A DNA stretch of 64,000 nucleotides. Source: Tubiluchus corallicola (lineage: Eukaryota > Animalia > Priapulida). Made by a program: the position numbers and the translations under genes. This document shows positions 27,001 to 39,000 of the stretch, piece by piece. The stretch is taken from NCBI GenBank assembly GCA_030141605.1, contig JAQGDQ010000001.1:1612001-1676000 (forward strand), in the 5' to 3' direction. How positions within the stretch are numbered: position 1 is the stretch's first letter; each line of letters begins with the position of its first letter. Under the pieces are notes generated by a model. The model was not told where the DNA came from. It worked only from the letters and a program-made list of their open reading frames with translations, and made no database searches.

Positions 27001-30000
27001 AAGAAATTCGTTAGATATTGTTGAGTAATGTCTTACATTAGTAGATAATGGGTTTGAAAAGAAAGCGGGTAGTAGTTTATGTTTGGTTCTGTATATGTAA
27101 ATAGCGGAATTCAGATTTATTAGATCATTTAGCACTAGGATAGAATAGTTTTTAAAAAGATTAAGACCAACATGGTCACGATTGTTCAAATTAGCTATCA
27201 ATCTTATGAGCTTATGTTGCAAAGAGTTTAATTTAAGTAGAGATGAAGGGTAGTTGTGCCCTCAAAGTATATTACAGTAGGTTAAGTATGGCAGTACTAG
27301 ACAATTGTAAAGTGTGATAAGATGTTCTTTGGTAAAATAATGTTTAACTCGACTGATTAACCCAATGTTTTTAGCAGTTTTAGAATGAATCATATTTAAG
27401 TGTGGTTTCCAATCTAAGTGTTCATTTAAGATAACACCTAAGAACTCCATTTCGTTTACTTGTTCTATAGCATTTTTATAATAATGTTCACATTTATAGG
27501 TTTGTTACGAGCTCTGAATAAAATGTATTTAGTTTTAGTTGAATTTAATGCTAATTTATTGATTATAAACCAGGCTGTAATTTTACTGAGTTCACTATTA
27601 ATAATGTTAGTGTCAAATAACTTGCAGTTGAAGAAAATACTTGTGCCATCAGCGCATTGGAAGACCTTTCCATTATCAGTAAGACAGTTTTGTAAGTCAT
27701 TAATGTATATTAAAAACAACAGAAGTCCCAAAATAGATCCCTGGGGTACTCCATTTATGACTATTGCTTCATTGGAAAGGACTTTGTTACATCTGACTAC
27801 TTGAGTTTGGCCCTTGAGGTAATTAGCAAACCATAAGTATGCGATCCCTCTAATGCCATAGTGGAATAACTTATCTACCAAAACATCATGATTAACTGTA
27901 TCAAAGGCGTTAGAGAGATCTCAAAAAATGCCAGTGGCAACAATGTTTTGTTCTAATGAAATACTTATGTTGTTTATTATATTAATTAGGGCTAGCTGGA
28001 TAGAACTACCTTTTCTAAAGCCATACTGATGATTATAAAGTACATTATGTATAGTCAAGTAATCTAATAAACTTTTATAGACAGTTTTTTCTAATATTCT
28101 AGAGAAAAAAGGTAATAATGATATAGGTCTATAGTTATTAATATATAAGGAGTCTTTAGCCTTAAACAAAGGAGTAATTACTGATTTTTTGAGTTGATAA
28201 GGTAATATTCCTGTTGTCAATGAGCAGTTAGTTATATGCGTTAAAGGAGTAGCTAAGTTATCAACTATGACTTTGGAGAGAAAATTATCAAAGCCTGCTC
28301 CTTTATTACGGTTGAAAGATTTACAAGTAGATATTGATTCATTTATTGTAACAGGACTGAAGAAAAGAGTAGATTGATAATCACCCTTAAGATAAGAAAC
28401 TTTAGGGTTAACATCAGTATTTGGAATTTCTGCAGCTAATTTCTGACCAATCTATGAGAAATGCTCATTGAAAGCACAAGAGACAGACTTATTGTCAGTT
28501 ATTAATTTGTTGTTAATTTTAAGAGGACCTATCACGCCATTAAAGGTGTGGTACATAGGAGTAAGCAACGAGTGACAATATAAAACAATTTTTATTACAT
28601 CAAAGGATCTCTGAAACAATAGAAAATCCATCATACCTTCATGGTGTAGTGTGAAAGCCCATGCTTCCCGCCCAGACGGTAATCTTGAAGAGCATGATCA
28701 AAGCCATGACCTGAAAACTCTGGGACTAATTTTTTTCCATTGAAGTGAATAGCCTGGAAATTTATCGGACCTCAACCCCACCAAACACATTGGTGCTATC
28801 CTGAAGGACAGAGTGGATGCTAAGATGATAAAAAACATGCCATTGGTCAGTATTCAATAGATAAGCTTTTGAGGCATCTGCAATATGTGTTGAGGAATCG
28901 AGTTCTTAGAATCGCTACTTTAGTCATACCATCAAGTCTGCAGGCGAGATGCATGAGGCTTCCACACCGAATTTTAATGGTGTGATGCGTTCTTAGCCAA
29001 TACTTTAATATAATAAAATTCATTATGTGCTATTACTCATTATTTTTGTACCCCTAACAAAAAGTTATGGACCACCTTCTAGAAGCCAAGTAATAAAGAC
29101 AGTTTTTTAATAAAGTAGAAAACAATTTTGCTGTTATCAGTAAAAAAGGCAATGCTGTTAGGCAATGTAATGCGTTAGTTTGTATTTACTCTGGATAACA
29201 TTTTTCAGGAAGTCGATAAATTGTACGTATCAGAAAAAGAGGTACTTTATGCACTCAAATACTTTCAAGATGTCATTGAGAAGAACATGACAGAATTACT
29301 TCCTGGCTCTGCTACGATTGTTCTGGAAACGGTTATTAGTATCTTTGGACTGATTGGTAATAATGTTACCAATGAAGAAAGGTAGGCAAAATTAGATATA
29401 ATTATTTAAAAGTTACCACAGACATCATGAATTTGGAAAACATTGCTGTTGTGCCAAATGTGCATTCCTGTTAACACACTTGTAAATTTATTTACTTATT
29501 TAACTGTTTTACCTGTTTACTGGATGTTAGCACAAATATTTTTTTCTCGTAAATTGAGGCCTAGCTAACTGCTGATCTCTATGCTTTCTGCTGTTAGTCC
29601 CAGGTATTTTTTGTGTAGTTTTTTGAGCAAACTTCATAATGATGGATTATATGGCTATAGTTGTCACTACAAGTAGAGAAACATGCAGAGGTAAATTTGA
29701 AATATTTCTTGACTCCTGTAATAAACGTAGTGTGTTCTTGAATGAGGATAAAACTTAGTTCATGCTCATCAACCCTATACAAGAAGATATAACTAGGTTT
29801 GTGTTGGAGGATCTCTGTGTTCGTGATGTGAAGATTTATTGATATTTGGGCTCACCCATCACGGATGATGGCAAGATGATGATGGCATAATTATAATATT
29901 ATTGGAGAGCATGGGCAGGATAAAATAAAGCATGTGCTAAAATATAAATCATATGTGAATTATAATATGCAGTTATACTCTAAGTTTATAAAAACATACT

Positions 30001-33000
30001 GGTAGTAAAGATGGCAATAGATAATGAGCTTTGTTTGTTAGAAGCTGGTGTGCCATTCATAGAAAATATGATACTAAAGAGGAGGAATCATAGAAATTTT
30101 ACAAGGAAGAAGTTTAACGGAAACAACTCTGAGTCCTAGAAATGTCAATTTGTCAGGCGTTAACTAAAGATCTGGGAAGATCTTTCAGGGAGTATAAGGA
30201 TTACAATCCTGAGCCAATGTGTGATATTACACTGCAAAAATCTGTTACAAATACAAAGACACCTCATGCAACTTATGCTGTTCTAAATCCTGAATTATCG
30301 ATGCAATATCCTGTGTACTAAGCTGATATCATTGGTTCCTTGCAGATTAACTTTTGGTGTTTCATGTTGTCTTGTTCTGAGTGAAAAATGAGCAAGGTCT
30401 CCTGTTTCTCATAATAGAAGAGTTTGTCCATCCTGTACCTGTCTAATCTAGGACGAGGACCATGTGAGCAACCTGTTGTTCACAGAGCATCAAAGCCAAA
30501 TATAATCTGAAGTTTATCTAGAAAGTGAATTCCTTTTATTTATTTATTTTAGTTCTGTGATATCGTCCAGCCACAACCAACTTTATCAAAGCATTGCTGA
30601 ATTTATCAAGTTTGCTGATGATGTGTTGATATATGGTGAACAGCCGGCTAATCTTGAACGAGCAAATTTTGTTATTAAAGGTGTACGTGATGCAGTGGTG
30701 GTAAGTGCATTTCTTGAAATTTTTACAGTTTTTTTGGTTTGGCCAGTGGAAAAACCTTGTTTTCCAAGTAGTTTGTATGTGGCCGTATTGATAAATTATC
30801 TTATAATTTCTTTAAAATCATCGTAATTTCTACTTTTTGAACAAATAAATTTTATTGCCAATTTTATCAACATATTAGTAAAACAAGAATATAAGTTAGA
30901 TATCTGATCCACTAGAAATCTGGAATAGTGCTAATTTGATTGTAAATTATACCAGAAAATACCATTTTAGTTTACCTTTAGCTGCAAAATATAGGTTATT
31001 GTTTCTGCTTAAATTTAAAAGGATCATTTAGGCTACTGACTTACACATTTTGTACCTTGCAAATTGCCAAAATTCAGCAAAAGCAATGAAATTTGACTTT
31101 CGGGATAATAACTCATTAATGCAACTCGTATTTGGATTTTGGTTATTATAGACTGTGTTCTAAAGTTGAGTGTTCATTTCTTTTAAAATTCTATGGTTCC
31201 TCCTTTTTATTTGAGCAGCATTATAAGGCAGGTTCAATACCTATTTAAACCTAAAATCTCAATTTTTACATTGTTACTTGTTTTGCATGCATTATTACTA
31301 CATTAAGTGGGTGAACCTTAGGTGACAGCTTTACAAGCCATTGACATTTGCATGCTAAGCATGGAATGAAGCAATAAACCTATAGTAGTTCTCTGAGTAA
31401 TGCAGCTGTGAATAATTTGCTTGCCACTCTAATGACCTTACTAAAACTGTGCTTATAAGCAGCAGTTTATTGGTCATTTCACTCATTTGTCCTTAATTAG
31501 TGGCTACGTCCATTTCTCAGCATATTTCCTTTTGCCATAACGGATTTGTGTCATAAGCTGTACAATGGTAAGTGCCTGGTTTTATGTTTTTGTCATGCTA
31601 TACTTTTAATACACCAGGCAATTTTTTTATTTATTTGCTGTTATTTCTTGCAGAGAGTGATACAGTTATATATAGATCGTTTGCAAGACAGATCAGTTCA
31701 AAAACCTACATCACATTTGCCTGAAGTTGGCAACATTGTGAACAACAGTAACAATGGCCTGATGGACAACAATTGCTCGTTAGTATTGGCAGCTTTTCAA
31801 AATTTGTATTTTATGTAAATTATTTGAATTTAAATTTTGTTGTGTGTACTATTTATGGTAAAAAATTTTAGTGAAGGTATGTTCGAATGGCAGAATGTGA
31901 AAAGTAAAAACTCTTGATTTTAAATTTGTTTGGAGTTCACGAATTGAGGCAAGACACTCGATTTTCAAGTTAGCGAAATGAGCATGTGCAATCCAGTCAA
32001 GCTTGCAAGCGATGATAATTAGTTTAACTACCAAGGTTATTACCAAAACTGAAATTACAAACCGAAACAAAAATTTATAGCAAATTGGTACTGAAATGAA
32101 ACCGAACCGAAATCATTTTTGCAAAACCAACTGCAATCAAAACTAAAAAAATTTAAAATTCTGAAGTAAATAAATAAACCAAAAAATAGAATGATGTCTA
32201 TGGTTGAAGCTCATGAAGCTCCAAAAAATTGACAAATTTGATTTTGTAAATATTTTGTAGCCTATGTCTTCATAAATTATAGAATAAAACCCGATTTTAT
32301 TTAAATTACACTTTGATATTTCGGTTGATTGTCACCTGGAGACCTTTAAAGGTTCGCACTCATCAGCACTGATGATATGCCGCATTGCCATGAAAAACAT
32401 ACTACAAATGGTACAAAAAGTTTAAATACACGATATTTATGCTATTTTAGCCAAACTCCTGCAATTTTTAGCATCTAGGAGAAAAAGGTGATAAGCTGGA
32501 TAAATACTACTAAAACCTTGAAAAAATGCTACCAAAAGTTACCGAAAGTTTCGGCTACTAAACTTGATAATTTTCAATGAAAATGAAACTCAACAAAAAG
32601 TGCAATTGTCGGCAAACCGAAACGTTTGCATAACATCCCTGTTAACCACACACACAGCAGTGTTTTGTTATAAAGTCTGTGCTAATGTATCTCATTCAAA
32701 TACTTCATTACCTTCATTTTAGCACCTTATGTGTTATGACTCAGTCTTTATTGTTTACACAATTCTTCTCAAAATTAAAAAATTATTCGAAATTTCTTTT
32801 CTGCGGACTTTTTTTAAAGATATATTGTGCAAATGTGTTAAATTCCAGGAGTATGGAACCTGAAGTTGAGGTACCACTTTCTCCTCGTGAGCAAGAAATA
32901 TTGAGACAGACAAGCATATTTCAACTTTCAGGTTCATTGTCACCTCCCCCGAAGCCACCTCTTCCATGCAAGTTGCACAGGTATGTTCAATTTTGTGTGG

Positions 33001-36000
33001 CAACTCTCTAAGTCATTTTGATAACTACCATTTAGTGTGGCAACTCTGTAAGTCATTTTGATAACTACCATTTAGTGATGATTTGTTTTAACTTATAACA
33101 TTTTTCCACCATTTTTTTCTTGTGGTTTGCTTTAAAGATGAATTGATTGATTGTTTTTACTTAAAGCCTAGAGCACTAAGGCTTTTTTGTTATTGACATC
33201 CTCTAATAATACTGCTATTAGTGTGAATCTGCAATTTTTTATTCTATTCCTATGTTAATGTCAGATGATCTTACACCAGCCTGTTATGATTTATTCTTGA
33301 AAATTGCTCCTTGGTTTGCAACATCAAGACAATGCAACAACCTGGACACTGGCTGCATGCATAAGTTGCAGTTGCAGCGTTTTTTTTTTGTTTTTTTTAT
33401 ATTATCACCTTTTGTGATTTAGAATGCTTGACTTCGTTTAACAGCATTTCACTTAAGCACTCAATTTTGCTTGATTGCATGTTTATATGTGCATTTTCTG
33501 TTCTTAGACAAAGTGGTATTACCAGCCCTGCCAGTCCAGATTTACCACCTCTTCCTCCTAAACAACGACTTAGCAGCAGTCATAGTTATGCCAGCAGTGA
33601 TGAATTGATGGGGTCGTCATATGTGCAACCAGAAGACGTAAGACGATTGCCAAATAGCTGTCCCTCAAGTAATGAGTATCCTAGTCAGTTTACTGACTAC
33701 CCGAGCCCATCATTATTTGAACAATTTGAAAGTGGTAGGTCAAACATGTTTTCAAAGGACTCATTTCCAACTAAAGTAATGTCGAACTCTTTATCGTGTG
33801 ATTCCCACTCTGTGCTCAATGATCCTTTCTGGTCAAATCCTGGTGAGTTTTTCCCATCATCAGCTTTTACTTCTGTGCGACAGAAATCGCCAGAACAGAG
33901 TAGTAGTTCTTCTGAAGATTTATTGGGCCCACAAACTTTTTCGAATGGTTTTGGTCACAGAAAGATTGTCAACAGAACTCAGAAGTGTGTGACCGTTCAA
34001 CGTGTGTGTGTGACAAAGTCAAATGGACGTGAGCAGCAGACATTAAGTACCCAAATAACACAAGCCACGGGCTCTGAGTCCAGATTTAATCCTGATGGGA
34101 CTGTCATAACAAAAATGGCCGACGCTGTAGAAAGTATTCAGTCAAATGAGGATGTGCCTCCTGCTCTTCCAGAGAAACAACGTCGGGTGTGTCAGTACGA
34201 TAATGTTCCTCCCCCGGTGTGTGTTAATCTACGTAGAAGTAACTCTCCTGAAAATGCCTACAAACCTAATAGTCAGACTGTAAAGCACGGTTTAGTGACA
34301 CAAAGAGTAATGGTTTCTGACGGGAGCGGTCCTCCTATGGTCAGATCACAGCAGACTTCTGCAGTGAGGGTTGAGAAGGATGGAAAGCTGGTACACGAGG
34401 AAATGCGAACTGTTGAAGATCCAGAAAAAGAGGGTTCTGTTCCACCTCCTCTACCTTTGAAAAAACGACACAGTAAGTGCTTTAATGGTTTATTTATATT
34501 GTTTGTTGTAGAGACATTAAACCACTTGTTTATAATACATACCTGCATATTCATGAGACTACTGCTGCCCATTATGTTTCTGACAAATTGAATTTTTGTA
34601 ATATTGAAATTTAGGTTCAAAGTATTGCAGTTAAAATACTTTAGATTGAATTCTAAATTAATTTTGCGTAACAGTTTGTTTGTGTTAAAAGCTTAAAATG
34701 ATGTAAAAGTGAAAATGCAAATCTACATGCGCTGAGAAGTTTTGATACCTAAGTTTTGTGAATTGATGAAGCCAATTTGTACATTCGCTCTAGACTCAAA
34801 TTGAATTCACAGTCTTATAATTTTTTTATGATTGTTTCGAGTGACAAATTCCTTGTCATAAATATGTTTTTTTACGTAAAATCTTTTGATTGAGACGACT
34901 ACTCGGAAAAAAATATGAGAATCTAATTATCTGTTGGGACTGTGATTAAATTTCGACAGGCGAATTTACCGAAGCTAGGGGTTTTAGTAAATCCAAAACC
35001 TGCTAAAGGTTGTGAAAGAAAAATCTAAATTTGTTGTCTCCTTATTATATGGTTTGTCTGTCTGTTCACAGTTATGGCATACATGGAATTCTTCAGAGAT
35101 TATGCTCATCCTAGCATAGATGATTTCTACAGAAGCTCCACGTATTCCCTCAGCGTATTCCAGGTGACTGCAACATTCATTATCTTCTTGCTATGCACAC
35201 ATATTTCATACAAAAATTCTGTGCTTGTTCATCATGTGGCATTTATGTTTCTGGCTTGATATTCTTGTACCAATGACACCTAAGTAGTTTTGGTGATAAT
35301 GTGCAATTTATATTGCAGAATATGTTTAATCCTCCATTGCAACAACCAGACTTGTTTCCTCTGAGAAATTTCAAAATGTCGAATTCTGATGACTCTGGAA
35401 TGTTTTCATTGGATACTAGTCTTCCAGAAGATGAGATGCCTCCTGCTTTACCACCTAAACAAAAGGTCAGCAGTCTTTACCACCACTGAGTATTCATTCA
35501 GATTTTAAAATATTGTGTTGTCTACGACCTGCCCACTTAATGTCTTGATTGTTGTATTTGTGTTCTCAGTATGGATCCGTAAGCTGTATCTCTCTTTCTT
35601 CTACACTCTTTTTTAAATAATAAAATATGGTAATAAAATATGCACTATTTTCATTAATTCAAGCATTTTGAGGAACAAAAAATAAATGTTTCATTTTTTT
35701 ATTTGCGTAGAATCTAATCAAATTTATAAAACTTTCATGAAGTGTCAGGAATAAGATGTGAACAGAATGCTTTGTGCATTGAGAGGAGTTTTTTTGCATA
35801 GTTAAATAGGGCAACAATGCATAACGGTCCAGAATTGCAGATTTATCTTGTGTAGTAGCAGGCCATAAACCAGCTTGCCTGCAGGAATCCTCCACAAATA
35901 GCAGAAACCAGACTTATATGAAACATGTAAATACGTAACTCATATATTGCTAGTGGCTGTTAAGGTTTCGCTTTTAAATACATTGTGGTGTACATTGTTC

Positions 36001-39000
36001 TGCACCATTATGAATGTTATTTCATTAATAAGTAACTTCGGTTTGTTGTAGCAGAAAAAAGTAGTTTCTCTTTTATGTTACAGCATTTAGCCATTGTATC
36101 AACTGTTAACAACAAAAAACATGAAGCACCTAATAAAAACAGTGAGTTAAGTGAAAAACCTGTGAGCATGATTGACCCTAGTGCACCTGGTCGAGTAACA
36201 GAATGGTAAGCTGAGTGTACGCTCTACAACATATTATTGATGTTCTCTTATGTAATTAGCTGATAGCATAAAATTGCAATGGATTATTAGTAGTTTTATA
36301 TTTTTTTAATAATTTTCATAAATTATTAGTGATCAGTGTTGTTTACTTCTGTAGTTTTGAAAAGCTGTAGAAAATTTTTTAGTTCTGGCTTCCCACAACT
36401 TTTGTGGTACGTGTATTGGCTAGTGTAACAGTTGATTAATAAAATTTTTCACCTGTTTGACATTTTTTATTTTTTCAGTAATAGTGCCAAAGATACATCC
36501 ATTTCTTTAATGTCAAATGGTTGCAATGTGGAAGAAGATGAAGACCCACTTAATGATTTAGATGTCACTCGGCATTTAGTATTTAAGTGTGAGGTATATC
36601 AGAAACTACATTTTTATCTGTTAATTTGCCTCTGGCATTTAGCATAGAGGTTTACTTTTATATGTTTAATATGCTGAGATTAGTTTGTAAATTCCACAGC
36701 AGGGTTGAAGCATTCCCGCATTGAAGAGTTTTACTAGACTTTAATGGAGTCAACTGAGTGCTAAATTGTTTACGAAAATTCTGTCCCCGTGAAACAATAT
36801 TTTTGCCTAGTGATTTATTCCCTTTTGTTGAAGTACATCGAGTGATAATCGGGTGAATTATTTACAATGTGTATACTGTATCTATGTATCCATTTACGAT
36901 GTGTGTCCTCCATCCATTCACTATAGTGGCAAAGCTGCTATGTACATCGCAAGCCTGTCAACTATTCTTCAGTTAGTCATTTTTCTCTGCCTACGTTGCA
37001 AATGTCCCCCTCCCCAAGACAGTGTAGAACATGTCTTGTGAAATGAAATGTTAATATAAAAAGTGAGTATTAAATACATTCATATGTTTCTCTGTAGTTG
37101 TAGCATAAAATTCTATTTATTTTCTAGGACGAAGAAGGTCCAGATCTTCGAGGCGGAACACCCGATGCCCTTGTTGTCTATGCAGTTCGGACAGCAAAGA
37201 ATCAAAACGGTAAATTCATGAAAATAGTTACTACTTTGGGTTTATGTGCAATGCTAGTCAATTGGGCCTGTGGGTTTATGTTTATAATACTGTCTAGTTT
37301 ATGTATTAGAGGGTATTAGAGGTTTGAAAACATCTTACATGGTACTCTATGTAACATATGTGGCTTTACCTCATAAACTGTTTTAGGAATATATTTGCTG
37401 AAATATGAAGTTCAGTATGGGCCACCAAGGGGCAAATAATAATTTTTTGTGTCAGAGATTTTGAGACAGTTATTTCTACTTTATCATCTCTTCAACCAAA
37501 TGATAATAAATGTCACAGAGAAAAGTATTTGTTTTTGCTCTCTAGAGTACGGAGCGTATGTAGGCACAGTGGGTCTTGCCTATGCTGCGAAAGTGATAGT
37601 TTTGAAAGAAACACAGCTGAATGTGTGTCTGGAATGTGTGTTTACGTTTAGATGGCAAGTTTACAACATGATACCTTTGGATTTTAATTATTTCCATACA
37701 CTAACTTATAATTATTTCAATTGTGTCGTCGTAGTAAGAAGTTTTTTGGTGAAAAATTGCATGTGACATCTTCTGCATGTGAGAGATCACAGTCACCATA
37801 CTACAAAATTATGAATGTGTGGTGACGGATATATGTGACTGTGTGGTGCAAGGCTTACAGCAAAGGGTTAAAATGGTATTCAGCAGAATTTTATGTTTGT
37901 TTTTTATATTTATTTCATCATGGAAACCTAGTATGTTTTTTTGCATAATGAAAATGAGAGGAGATTTCAAAATAGCTTTTGTTTTATTTAAATTGGTGAT
38001 TCATATTCCACTACAGTGGGCATCGCTTAATAGACTCATTTTGGGATAGAAGAGTTTTGATATGATTCGAGTCATCGCTCTTCAGCTTAGTAAGCACTGA
38101 AAGGCTGTAAGAGCGTTAAGCGTTAGGTTTTTACGCTTATGCTCTATGATATATATTGCTTGTAAAGTCACATAGAATGCTGAGAGATTACTGTCACTGC
38201 AGTAGTGGCATAACAGCAACAGTGAACTGATGAAAAACAGCAAGAACATTGTAAGGAAACCGCTAGGTATGTGATTAAAAGTTTAGCTTTCATAAATTCT
38301 TGGGCAACAAGGTTAATGGAAGCAGACGAGTGGGTGACAGATTCAAAGCAAAAACGTTAGGCTAGTTTATTAGCCTGTCCAGAAACAAAATGACATAAAA
38401 GTAGCAAAATCTCCACAAATATCTTATTTTAAGTGCCTGAAACAAAAATATAGAGTCAATTATGCGAAGTTACATGAGTTAGTTGCATTCAGTTTTATAT
38501 ACATTTGAATATAAGTGTTTTTGAGTTAACTAAGTGATTCATTCTAGTAACCGTGAGTCTAATAAACAGCACCTATAGTATAAAAAAATGTTGCTAACCC
38601 AAAAATATTTGATTTCTTTCAGATTTTCTGTATCAGGAAGCATTCTTAATGACATATCGCACATTCATGGCTCCACGAGATCTCATTGACAAACTTCTAT
38701 ATCGTTATCGAAAATTCAGTCATTACAGTGATCTTTCACGAAAACGAGTTTCTAGAAACGCATTTTCTTTGCTAGTTCGTGTTGTTGATGAATTGTGGTA
38801 GGTTGGGAATGAGTATTCTATAATTAGTTCTTTTATCAGACTAAAAATTATAAAAAGCATGATCATGTTATTTTTAATGATCCCATAAATCATTTGGTAT
38901 CTCTGCTCCTTTTTTAATTATATGTAACTTCTATTTGGCCTGAGCTAACATATTTTTTAAGAATATCAATATGACTTCTCAAACTTAACTTCAACAACGT

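Noticed and set aside
33798-34620. Alternative-frame and antisense ORFs over the large RAPGEF1 exon (likewise over SUGT1, MED22 and the LINE)
   Set aside because: Shadow ORFs of real coding sequence.
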